Source of the DNA: an uncultured Candidatus Bathyarchaeia archaeon
Lineage (GTDB): Archaea; Thermoproteota; Bathyarchaeia; Bathyarchaeales; Bathycorpusculaceae
Direction: 5' to 3'
Length of the DNA stretch: 64,000 bases
NCBI GenBank assembly: GCA_964450845.1
Contig: CAYVGZ010000001.1
Span: forward strand, 84,338-148,337
The stretch's first letter is position 1. Every line of letters starts with the position of its first letter. Shown here one piece after another: positions 39,752 to 48,261 of this stretch. The notes beneath the pieces are model-generated. The model did no database searches and was not told the origin of the DNA. It was given only the letters and a program-made list of their open reading frames with translations. The position numbers and the translations under genes were made by a program.

Positions 39752-40283
39752 TATGATTATACCCTGGAAGGCGCATTAACCAATTCGGATTATCTGGTTG
39801 TAAGCTCATCTGTCTCTTCACCTGCTCAAATGATATAGGATAGTAGTTCCAAGCATCAACTCCAACATCAAATGATTTACCACAACTAGGCAAGGCTCCA
39901 TGAGAATGGCCATATAGATGCCACGAATTAAAGTGGGACTTGTCCCATACTCTCATAGCAAAGTGAGACAGGACTATATATTGACCGTTTATAGACACTA
40001 TTCTTTTATATGGCATGGCTTGGTGACCGTATACATCTAGTATTGCTTTATCGTGATTTCCCCTGACCATCATTATAGTTCCATTTAATCTATCCAAGTA
40101 CCGTTCAGCGGAGCCAAAACAGAAATCACCTAAATGATATACTGTATCATTGTTTTTTACTGTATTATTCCAGTTAGATATGATTGCCTCGTCCATTAGC
40201 TCTACGCTATCAAATGGTCTTTTACAATATTTAATGATGTTTGCGTGACCTAGATGTGTGTCAGAGGTGAAGAATATGCTCAT
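39690..40283 (-). CDS. Calcineurin-like metallophosphoesterase
   Basis: SDTHLGH, LGDF, GNHD, LSH, HGHSH. Confidence 0.9.
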   Translation of the reverse strand: MSIFFTSDTHLGHANIIKYCKRPFDSVELMDEAIISNWNNTVKNNDTVYHLGDFCFGSAERYLDRLNGTIMMVRGNHDKAILDVYGHQAMPYKRIVSINGQYIVLSHFAMRVWDKSHFNSWHLYGHSHGALPSCGKSFDVGVDAWNYYPISFEQVKRQMSLQPDNPNWLMRLPGYNHNEYKEECRKEGGEPINRNYM

Positions 40284-43200
40284 ATTCCTCTTGGCCTTCC
40301 TATTACATTGTTACCGTTTGTTTTCTTATCTTTCAATGCTCTGATTTCACTTTCTGGTACCTCATCCATCCTTAGGTTATAGTCGTTAAGTTTATAGCCT
40401 ATTGGCCTTAACTGACCAGTAATCTTATTTTTCCATATGTTTACTTCTATATATGGCATTGCTCTAATCAATCCGTCTTTCGATGGCCCTTCCCATACTA
40501 GATAAGTATCTTCTTTCACTTGTTTGTCGTTGTGCACGAGTATAATTATATCAGCATCATACTCTAACTGAACAGAGTCCTTTAGATCGGCTAGCTGTGG
40601 CCTGCTTTGAGATCCTTCTAGCTTTCTGAGTTCTACAGTTGCCATTATATGAAGGTCATTTAACTGCGTGAGCTCTTTGATTCTTTCTGATCCATCTGAT
40701 ACAACATCAGTCTTTTTATTTCTTCCTCCAATATTAAATCTTAACTTATGAAAGTTATCTAGTAGGAACAACTTCTTTGGTGTCTTATAATTCTTTGTGA
40801 ACCAATCTACATGGGCCTCAAGAGCATCAATAGTATTTCCTGCGGTTGCATCTGCTAAAATAAATCTATCTGAGTTAGATTCTATCCATCTCCAAGCTTG
40901 TTCTACTGATACTTTCTTATCTGGTGTTAATTCTGAGTATCGTTTGATCTCCGATGTGGATAGTCCAGACTTCATTGCTAGCATCTTTAACGTCATTAGC
41001 TCGGTGGTATCATCAATAGACATGTAAAATATAGCTGCATCTTCTTCAGTATCGATTATGTCCATTGCTAAGCTTGTCATCCACATGGTCTTACCAGCGC
41101 TTGGTCTGCCTCCAACTAGAGATAAACAAGTAGTGTAGGGAATACCGTCAAAGTTTTCATAGAATTTCTTAAACTTCATAGCCCGCATTCCGTATTTAAA
41201 TTCACCAGACTCAATTCTAGTCTTAACATCTTCGAGCTTACTAACATATTCGCTCTTATTATCAATAGCATTGTTATACTGTTTCTCTAGACTCTTAATT
41301 TTTAACAAGCCTTCTTCTAGTATGGATTTAGTATCTCTTGTTTTCTTTCTAGATAGTTGTACTTGTACAAAGTTGTTAATGTCTGATAGTTCTTCTAGGA
41401 ATCTACTTGATTCTTTATTAACTAAAGAGTCTACATCTTTTCTGATGTCAGATTCGCTTATGGCGGTCAATCTAGCTAGCTCTCTTACCATCTGAAGTCT
41501 AACTATGTTACTTTCTTCTGCTGCTATGGTTGGGATAGCTTTCTTTGCTGTTTCCATTGGATCATCTTCAAATGTAGTCCACTTAAGCATCCAAGTAAAT
41601 GGAGACAAAGATACATCTGACTTAGATAGTTCTAAAAACTTTTCTGTACCAAACTGCCTTACATAACTATCTGGATCAAAGCCCTCAGGAAGTTCCATTA
41701 TTCGTACTTTAAAGTTCTTATATCCAGCTAATCTTTCAATGGCTAGTTTAACTCCTCTTCTGCCACCATCATCTGAATCAAGACATATTACTATGTTCTT
41801 AAACTTATCTCTAAACAGCATGTCTACGTGTTCTTCAGTTAGCATCGTAGCGCCTATTGCTGTTACATTTGATATACCTGCTTGTACTAGATATACAGCA
41901 TCGAGGTATCCTTCTACAATAAATAGTGGTCCATCTTCTGGCCTGCAGTTGTTGTAGTTAAATAGTATTTCACTTTTATGATATATATCTGAGTTCTGAG
42001 AGTTAATATACTTTTCTTCGCCATGAGCATTGGCATCCATGTCGGTTCGTCTGGTAACGAAGCCCACGGCTCTACCCTTGTCATCAAATATAGGAATGAT
42101 TATTCCAGTAGTACTGAAGAGTTTTCTATTTGCAAGGTCTGCTGCTTCTAGATAAGACTTATCTGACCAGCCTAGAACTTTCATTTCATCTAGATAATCT
42201 TTATAGCTTTCAATACAACCAATCTGGAATTTCTTTATTGTTGCTTCTGTTATCCCTCTAGCAAGTAGATGTTTCATTGCAGGATGTTCTATGTTTAAGA
42301 CTCGTTTCTTATCTACTTTTTTATAGGACATGCTACAGATAACATTGACTGCATCCTCATATGCTCTTCTCTTTTGAAACTCTCTCTTTTGGTCTTCACT
42401 TATTTCTATAGGTTCATAAGGAATATCAAAGAGCTTAGCAATATACGGTAGCGTTTCTTGATATAGGCCTAGTCCAGATATTGGTTTCTTTTCTAAGAAG
42501 TGTACCGCATGTAGTATGTTTCCCGCCGCACCACAATTATGAACTAGATAATGTTTAGTCATAAACGTGTGAGAATCAGTATTTACTTCTTTTACGGTAA
42601 TGTCATATACTTCCATTAATGGCTTGCTTTTATATATCTTATCTATTCTTAAAAAGGCATATCTATATCCATCATATGCAGTATCGTAGAAACATCCTAT
42701 ATTTTCTTTTTCAAGCCGAGTTAAAGACCAAGTTGGTTTTCTTTCTATACCATCATTACCTATATACGATTCGTTAAATGAATAACTAAATGGTATTTCT
42801 AGATTAACCATTACTTGTTGTGCAGTTGAAATTAGGTTTTCGTTAACTAACGTTAATCTTTTTGGTTTTCTCTTACCTGCATCGCCATCAAAAAGTCCAT
42901 TTAGCCATGCTCGTTGAAACGAATCATTCATACCACATAATATATTATCTGGCATATATTTATGAGAAGAATATTTGCCAATAAATCCTTCAAAAAACAT
43001 CTGTAGATCTGTAGAACTACAACTCATATTTGTTGTATTTGTTTTATAATCGTACTCGTATGTTGAACAGTCTAGGCCAAAGTTATCTTTAATTATTCTT
43101 TTTATCTTTTCTTGAAGCAACTTCTCATTTCTGTGTAGTGTAAAGGTTATGCCTCCTCTGTAACTAGAACCTTTGGCACAGTACAATCCTAGTAGCCACA

Positions 43201-43858
43201 TAGTGTCTTCATTGATAGGATATGTGATTATTCTATTATTTTTTGGCCCAGATGTGTATTCTTTAATCCATATATTTTCTATTCCAGTTAGTACTGAGCT
43301 AACACTTTTTGCTGTCTTTGGAAATATTACGTAGTCATTTTCTTTTAGTTCATCTGCTCTGCATTCTGATATTACTAACTTATTTTTATATTTTATGCTT
43401 CTGGTTTTAGATTTGAGAGATTTAAAGAATCTAAAATCATAACTTATGTTTTTTACTACTTTAAATATATGATTCCCAGTAAATTTAATATTATCATTTC
43501 TTACTATTTGAAGTTGGACTTCTATAGTCTCTTCTTTTGATTCTTGTTTAGTAATATTTGTTATTGTTCCTGTACCATATTGAGAATATACTTCATCTCC
43601 TAATTTTAAATTGCAAATCTGTACTAATCCTTTTGGAGTTCTTATTTTCTCGAATGGTGGTAAGCAGCTAAAGCAATGAAATACTTCTTCATTAGTATTT
43701 CCGCCAATAGAACAGCTTGGATGTGCGTCATCATGGTTTGGGTGTATACATGAGAGGAATCCGCTATCGTCTATCTTTACTCCTCTTTGTTCAAGATATG
43801 ATCTAAGTTTTGGCCTGATAGCTGTAAAAATATCAATCTTGTTCGTCGTCTCTTCCAT
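40280..43858 (-). CDS. DnaG-type primase - DnaB-type helicase fusion, intein-containing
   Basis: Zn finger CIHPNH...CFS|C, EKYINS, TOPRIM EGYLDA and DSD..G, Walker A GRPSAGKT, Walker B LLDNFH, EYDAD; start at MEETT after a GAGG SD. Confidence 0.9.
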   Translation of the reverse strand: MEETTNKIDIFTAIRPKLRSYLEQRGVKIDDSGFLSCIHPNHDDAHPSCSIGGNTNEEVFHCFSCLPPFEKIRTPKGLVQICNLKLGDEVYSQYGTGTITNITKQESKEETIEVQLQIVRNDNIKFTGNHIFKVVKNISYDFRFFKSLKSKTRSIKYKNKLVISECRADELKENDYVIFPKTAKSVSSVLTGIENIWIKEYTSGPKNNRIITYPINEDTMWLLGLYCAKGSSYRGGITFTLHRNEKLLQEKIKRIIKDNFGLDCSTYEYDYKTNTTNMSCSSTDLQMFFEGFIGKYSSHKYMPDNILCGMNDSFQRAWLNGLFDGDAGKRKPKRLTLVNENLISTAQQVMVNLEIPFSYSFNESYIGNDGIERKPTWSLTRLEKENIGCFYDTAYDGYRYAFLRIDKIYKSKPLMEVYDITVKEVNTDSHTFMTKHYLVHNCGAAGNILHAVHFLEKKPISGLGLYQETLPYIAKLFDIPYEPIEISEDQKREFQKRRAYEDAVNVICSMSYKKVDKKRVLNIEHPAMKHLLARGITEATIKKFQIGCIESYKDYLDEMKVLGWSDKSYLEAADLANRKLFSTTGIIIPIFDDKGRAVGFVTRRTDMDANAHGEEKYINSQNSDIYHKSEILFNYNNCRPEDGPLFIVEGYLDAVYLVQAGISNVTAIGATMLTEEHVDMLFRDKFKNIVICLDSDDGGRRGVKLAIERLAGYKNFKVRIMELPEGFDPDSYVRQFGTEKFLELSKSDVSLSPFTWMLKWTTFEDDPMETAKKAIPTIAAEESNIVRLQMVRELARLTAISESDIRKDVDSLVNKESSRFLEELSDINNFVQVQLSRKKTRDTKSILEEGLLKIKSLEKQYNNAIDNKSEYVSKLEDVKTRIESGEFKYGMRAMKFKKFYENFDGIPYTTCLSLVGGRPSAGKTMWMTSLAMDIIDTEEDAAIFYMSIDDTTELMTLKMLAMKSGLSTSEIKRYSELTPDKKVSVEQAWRWIESNSDRFILADATAGNTIDALEAHVDWFTKNYKTPKKLFLLDNFHKLRFNIGGRNKKTDVVSDGSERIKELTQLNDLHIMATVELRKLEGSQSRPQLADLKDSVQLEYDADIIILVHNDKQVKEDTYLVWEGPSKDGLIRAMPYIEVNIWKNKITGQLRPIGYKLNDYNLRMDEVPESEIRALKDKKTNGNNVIGRPRGI
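42536..43666 (-). mobile_element. 377-aa intein with LAGLIDADG domain, inserted in the primase zinc finger
   Basis: Starts CLPPFEKIRTPKG; ends VYDITV...HTF.....LVHN followed by Cys+1; endonuclease blocks LLGLYCAKG and LNGLFDGD. Confidence 0.92.
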
Positions 43859-44096
43859 TTTGTTCCTCTTCTTCAATTACTTCTATAGGTCCTAATTGAC
43901 GCTCTAAAAGTTGTAGCACAGTTTCTTGTTCCAATAGTTTTCTTAAAATGTCGTCTTGAGAGCCTCTTATTCGTGAGACATATCTAGATGACTCTTGATT
44001 AAATAAAGCGCTAAAAGAACGGACCCTAGAGACAACATGTCTGTTGCCCGTTAGGGTCCGCATTTTAGACTTAAAAAAGTCTTTTAATAAATCCAT
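43833..44096 (-). CDS. Hypothetical protein
   Basis: 87 aa; TAATG coupling with the Sak gene. Confidence 0.55.
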   Translation of the reverse strand: MDLLKDFFKSKMRTLTGNRHVVSRVRSFSALFNQESSRYVSRIRGSQDDILRKLLEQETVLQLLERQLGPIEVIEEEEQNGRDDEQD

Positions 44097-44842
44097 TATA
44101 CCAATCCGTTAGGCGGTAGTTCCTCGACGAAGTTAATTAGAGCTTCTAGTTGTTCGTCTGTATCTAGATCCGAGATGGCACTAACTGTTTTGTTTATTTT
44201 CTTTGAAAATTCAGGTAGGTATTTAATTAAAGCTGCACTACCTTTTAATCCATCTTTCTCTACTTTCGCAGCCTTAGCTTGAGTTTCCTTGCTCCACTTT
44301 GGTTTGTTTGGAGTTGAGTATGTTGGTTCTTCTGCTGGTTTCTCGTACTTTTCTGGGTTGCTTCTGCTCGACCCAGCCTTTATTTTGGTATTAACAAAGT
44401 CTGTTAGAGCGTCTCCGTCCCATAGTATGTTACCAGAGTCATCACATGGATAGGTTTTTCCGTTGGTATGTTTCTTAACCTTTACCTTTTGAAGTGGCAT
44501 CTCATACAAGAATCGTCCTACACCCCACTTAACTGCTGCTCTCTTAAAGGCATCAGATGCTTCGCCTTTTTCCTTTTCAGTATTTGATTCTGTCCCGCAG
44601 TCTTCTTTCCATACCCATTCATATGTTCCATCTTCATGCATAACTCGTATGCCCACTCTAGCATAGAGATTGTCATTAATAACTCTGTAGTCACACTGCC
44701 AGTTTTCTGGTCCTACTACCTCGTCCAGTTTATCTTGAACTTGTCTGCTATCTACATATGCTACAACCTGTGCATTATATTCCGTTTGTGCTTGAACTCT
44801 CCACTTAAACGGCATTTTGTCTGTGAGTTTTTTTAGATCCAT
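44096..44842 (-). CDS. Rad52/22-family (Sak-like) single-strand annealing protein
   Basis: AYVDSRQVQDKLDEVVGPENW, KEDCG, KGEASDAFKRAAVKWGVGRFLY; start moved to ATG 44842 downstream of the promoter. Confidence 0.88.
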   Translation of the reverse strand: MDLKKLTDKMPFKWRVQAQTEYNAQVVAYVDSRQVQDKLDEVVGPENWQCDYRVINDNLYARVGIRVMHEDGTYEWVWKEDCGTESNTEKEKGEASDAFKRAAVKWGVGRFLYEMPLQKVKVKKHTNGKTYPCDDSGNILWDGDALTDFVNTKIKAGSSRSNPEKYEKPAEEPTYSTPNKPKWSKETQAKAAKVEKDGLKGSAALIKYLPEFSKKINKTVSAISDLDTDEQLEALINFVEELPPNGLV

Positions 44843-44876
44843 AATTGGTCCTTTCTTCGAAGTTTTTCCTATAGAT

Positions 44877-44905
44877 AATATAATATATTCGGAATCGAAT
44901 GTCAA
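44877..44905 (-). promoter_or_regulatory. sigma70-type promoter for the Sak/primase operon
   Basis: TTGACA-N17-TATATT on the - strand, 34 nt before the Sak ATG. Confidence 0.75.
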
Positions 44906-44910
44906 TATCA

Positions 44911-44940
44911 TTGACTTCTTTTTGAATTGTACTATATTAT
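44911..44940 (+). promoter_or_regulatory. sigma70-type promoter for the Cas4-like gene
   Basis: TTGACT-N16-TATATT (or N18-TATTAT), followed by AAGGAG SD and ATG 44963. Confidence 0.6.
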
Positions 44941-44962
44941 TATATATAGAAAAGGAGCTTAT

Positions 44963-45970
44963 ATGCCAAACAATTTTATTTCTAAAGTATATGTCAGTGA
45001 TATCCTTGCTGCTAAAGCTGACCAACAAGACCATGCTCGTACCCGCCTTCAGAACATTTCCTGGCCATCCGAAGCAAGCGCAGATGTTGGTCCTTTTACT
45101 GTAGGAGAATGTAAGAGAGCTTTATTTTATAAGGTTATCGGAGTTGAACCAAGCGAAGAGATGAGTGTTAGAGGAAGATATATATGTGATGCTGGTTTAT
45201 TCTGCGAACACTATCATATTCAGAAATATAAATCTTTAGGTATGTTTTATGATGAACAATATAAAATAGAGTTTGAAACTGCTACACGAAACAAAGTAAT
45301 AGTATCTGGAAAGGTAGATTTGATTATTAATGACGATGGTGTTTTGAAGGCCATTGAAATTAAATCTATATCAGCCTTTAAGGCCTCAGAGGTTTTCGGA
45401 ACAACTGGCAAGCTTCCTTTGCCTAATGCCAATAACCTAATGCAGGCAATGCTTTATAAGTATTTTACTAAGCATACTGAACTTGGTCAACGCTCTGGCA
45501 TTAAGGAAGTATATCTAATGTACGTTAATAGGAGCGATGGAGCTACATTCTATTTTGAAGTAGACCTTGATGATTCTGGATATCCTATTCTTCGTGCTAT
45601 AGACCAGTCTGGTAAAGAAATATACAAGATGAATCTTGCTACTCAGAAGTCTTATGATGAGCTACTGGCTTCTAGTAGAGAAGCAACCTCTGATGAGGGA
45701 AGGATGGCTGAGCTTAGAATTAATGTTAATGATATCTTTTCTAAGTTTGATGAGGTATATACTGCAGCTAAGACTAAGGTTCTTCCTGAGCCAGATTATA
45801 AAATGATATATTCTACAGATGACCTTGATAGAGATCTTAAATGTGGTAGGATTACTAAGCGTAAGCTTACTATGCTTAAGAAATCAGGAGAAACCTTTTC
45901 TGACTATAGATGTTCTATCTGTAGTTATAAAAGAAAATGTCTTGCTGATTCAGGAGTACACTTCGAATAA
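44963..45970 (+). CDS. Cas4/AddB-like PD-(D/E)xK exonuclease with Fe-S cysteines
   Basis: GECKR (Cys1), SGKVD...IEIKS, QAMLY, CSICSYKRKC; the only convincing + strand gene right of 24.5 kb. Confidence 0.85.
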   Translation: MPNNFISKVYVSDILAAKADQQDHARTRLQNISWPSEASADVGPFTVGECKRALFYKVIGVEPSEEMSVRGRYICDAGLFCEHYHIQKYKSLGMFYDEQYKIEFETATRNKVIVSGKVDLIINDDGVLKAIEIKSISAFKASEVFGTTGKLPLPNANNLMQAMLYKYFTKHTELGQRSGIKEVYLMYVNRSDGATFYFEVDLDDSGYPILRAIDQSGKEIYKMNLATQKSYDELLASSREATSDEGRMAELRINVNDIFSKFDEVYTAAKTKVLPEPDYKMIYSTDDLDRDLKCGRITKRKLTMLKKSGETFSDYRCSICSYKRKCLADSGVHFE

Positions 45971-46000
45971 AAAAAGGCCAGTTTAACTGGCCTTCTTCTT
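45971..46000. terminator. Bidirectional intrinsic terminator
   Basis: AAGGCCAGT-TTA-ACTGGCCTT hairpin (45974-45994) with an A-run left and TTCTTCTT right, between convergent genes. Confidence 0.85.
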
Positions 46001-46787
46001 ATAGCTCTGTCGAATTTATCTTCAACATGTATTTTATTTCTTCGAGTGTATGAGGATAGTCTTTTCCTATACCAAATCTTAACTTAACTATGTCTTGGAA
46101 TTTCTGAGGTTTTTTTTCAAGTTCTTTTAGAATATTCATTTCCATTCGTTGGAATACATCGTCTCTATCATCTTCAGAACTAACCTGCTCATTGAACTCG
46201 CTTATAAAACTTTCTTCGAAACCAGAAGAGTTTAAGTCTAATAGTACAACTATGTTATCTATCATACTCTCTGTTAGGCTTATTCCTCGCCGTCCTTTTA
46301 GTGCTGTTGCTAACTCAGATGTAAGAGGTTCTCTTTGAAGTTCAGTATAGAGCTCGCTCTTAACTTCGTTGACGTGCTTCATGTTTCTAGCTATGTCTCT
46401 AGGAGCTCTAACGATCTTGTTCTTCTTTATGAAATCTATTATTCGTTTTCTTACATGAAAAAACGCATGGGTAGTAAAGGATGTTTTAAAGGCTACGTCA
46501 TAGCAATCTATAGCTTCTATTAAGCCTAGGTTAGCTTCTTGAAACAAGTCCATAATGGAAACTTCATCATTTAATACAGTCTTGTATTTCATAACATATT
46601 TCATAGCAAAGCCGCCGTTAGACAATACTAGTTTCTCTCTAATCTTATAATAGAGTTTTGGCTTAGGATTTAGAGAAGCCATAGAAGCCAACTGCGTTAG
46701 TAATGCGTCGTTCTCTTCCCTAGTTGGCCTAGGATATTTGTCTATGTAAGTACTGACAGATCGTCTCAATTCAAAATATTCTTCCAT
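45999..46787 (-). CDS. Phage RNA polymerase sigma-70-family factor
   Basis: Region 2 DLFQEANLGLIEAID.YD....FTTHAFFHVR; IVRAP; region 4 IVKLRFG...TLEEI. Confidence 0.88.
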   Translation of the reverse strand: MEEYFELRRSVSTYIDKYPRPTREENDALLTQLASMASLNPKPKLYYKIREKLVLSNGGFAMKYVMKYKTVLNDEVSIMDLFQEANLGLIEAIDCYDVAFKTSFTTHAFFHVRKRIIDFIKKNKIVRAPRDIARNMKHVNEVKSELYTELQREPLTSELATALKGRRGISLTESMIDNIVVLLDLNSSGFEESFISEFNEQVSSEDDRDDVFQRMEMNILKELEKKPQKFQDIVKLRFGIGKDYPHTLEEIKYMLKINSTEL

Positions 46788-47249
46788 TTATACCTTCTCT
46801 ATGAATGTTGCCTTGCGTCCTGCCCGCTTGAACCTATCTACTAACTTCTGATCGTTGTCTACTAGGTAGTCAACCTTTTCATATATAGATGAGTCTTTGG
46901 TATGGTATCCAACTATCCAATCTGATAGTCTCCAACTTTTGTTAGGATCATTCTTTACGTAGAATCCAACCATTTTTACATCTATCTTTAACTCATCTGC
47001 TATTTCCTTGTATGTCTTCTTGTTTTTATTTCTTAGTTCTATTGCTTTGACATGCAAGTCTTTCTTGTATTCTTCTGGTGTAATTATTAGATTAGTACAA
47101 TACTTCTCTATTTCACGAGGAGTAACTGTCTTGCTCCACAAGTGAATTCTTTTCCCAGCTATTATTAGAAGATCTAATTCCTTGTATAGTGAGTTTGGAT
47201 CGCTTCGTTTTATTATCTCGAAGTCTATAAATACGTTGTATTCTTCCAT
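46788..47249 (-). CDS. Hypothetical protein with HTH-like segment
   Basis: TYKEIADELKIDVKMVGFYV; start at the ATG after AGGA. Confidence 0.55.
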   Translation of the reverse strand: MEEYNVFIDFEIIKRSDPNSLYKELDLLIIAGKRIHLWSKTVTPREIEKYCTNLIITPEEYKKDLHVKAIELRNKNKKTYKEIADELKIDVKMVGFYVKNDPNKSWRLSDWIVGYHTKDSSIYEKVDYLVDNDQKLVDRFKRAGRKATFIEKV

Positions 47250-47336
47250 ACTGTTTTTTCCTGTCAGCTGACTTAAAGCCAGCAATGAAGCCAGCTATAA
47301 AAGTATTTGCAAGGTGCATTTTTACCCCCTAATACA

Positions 47337-47365
47337 AATATAATATATTAGGAAGTAAAAGTCAA
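47337..47365 (-). promoter_or_regulatory. sigma70-type promoter upstream of the sigma-factor operon
   Basis: TTGACT-N17-TATATT, the same -10 as the Sak promoter. Confidence 0.7.
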
Positions 47366-47368
47366 TAC

Positions 47369-47899
47369 TTATTCTTGGTGATCTACCCTTAGCGATATTG
47401 CGGAAGGATTCTCAAAAGAATAGTATAACGTAATATCTTTGAGTAAGTCAGGCATTCCTTCTATATAGTTGTTATGCATCATAGTTGTGCTAGATAGCAC
47501 AGTTTCATCAGGTTTGCTTTCATCTATCTGTATATAATTTAGCTTTAACGCTATCTTAGTTAAATCCTCAGTCCCGTAGTTCCAGCTTTTGTCATCTTTT
47601 CTTTTCTGTTTTATTTCTTCAATCTTAGCTTTATCTTTATGAAGATTTTCTATCTTTTTTTCAAGATCTGGCTTTGAATCAATTAGTAAGAATGATTCTT
47701 TCTTTTCTTCTATATCAGATAATCTGTCATTAAGATACTTAAGATTTTTATCTATAAGTTTTATTATGGCTTCTGGCATAAGCCATGGCCAGTGTGAGTT
47801 CTCATGTATTTGATTAAGGACCTCATTAAGAGGTCCCTTGATCGTAATATAATAACTCACACTAGAGCTGTTACTAACAAACCCTAGTCTTATTTTCAT
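47369..47899 (-). CDS. MKIRxGFVSNSSS-motif protein 1 (function unknown)
   Basis: N-terminus MKIRLGFVSNSSSVSY; central coiled coil. Confidence 0.75.
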   Translation of the reverse strand: MKIRLGFVSNSSSVSYYITIKGPLNEVLNQIHENSHWPWLMPEAIIKLIDKNLKYLNDRLSDIEEKKESFLLIDSKPDLEKKIENLHKDKAKIEEIKQKRKDDKSWNYGTEDLTKIALKLNYIQIDESKPDETVLSSTTMMHNNYIEGMPDLLKDITLYYSFENPSAISLRVDHQE

Positions 47900-48105
47900 T
47901 ATACCTTCTTCTCCTCTGCTTCCAGCCTTAGCTTCTCTATCTCTAGAGCCTGAGCCTCGGCCTTAGCTTTAAGTTCTTCAACTACGTTTTCTACGTCCTT
48001 AAGCCTAATGAGTACGTCAGCTGGCTGATCTGATTCTTTTGGACTAGTCAGCTTGCGGACTCTGCACTTTAAAACTTCGTATAGATCAGGTATAAATAAT
48101 TCCAT
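47899..48105 (-). CDS. Small coiled-coil hypothetical protein
   Basis: 68 aa; AAGGAG SD; TAATG coupling. Confidence 0.6.
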   Translation of the reverse strand: MELFIPDLYEVLKCRVRKLTSPKESDQPADVLIRLKDVENVVEELKAKAEAQALEIEKLRLEAEEKKV

Positions 48106-48209
48106 TTCGTAAACTCCTTGTGTATAGTTTGTGTATAGTTATTATATTAGTTGTTATATATAATATAATAGTGCTTATAGAGACATACATCGACCTATAT
48201 AAATCAATC

Positions 48210-48233
48210 ACTTACAATTTCTAAATTGTAAGT
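48210..48233. promoter_or_regulatory. Perfect 11-bp inverted repeat in AT-rich intergenic DNA
   Basis: ACTTACAATTT-CT-AAATTGTAAGT. Confidence 0.55.
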
Positions 48234-48261
48234 TTAATTTATATATATTAATTAAACATAA

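Noticed and set aside
44843-45034. Long N-terminal extensions of Sak (from 45034) and of the Cas4-like gene (from 44927)
   Set aside because: They run through the divergent promoters; downstream ATGs at 44842 and 44963 have SD sites and start at the conserved domains.
44963-45970. Cas4 as evidence of a CRISPR-Cas locus
   Set aside because: No repeat-spacer array and no cas1/cas2 seen; stand-alone Cas4-like nucleases are common in phage recombination modules.
47113-47319. 68-aa ORF MHLANTF... right after the 47337 promoter
   Set aside because: It has a plausible SD but overlaps the 46788-47249 gene out of frame for more than 130 nt and shows no motif; it cannot be supported as a separate gene.
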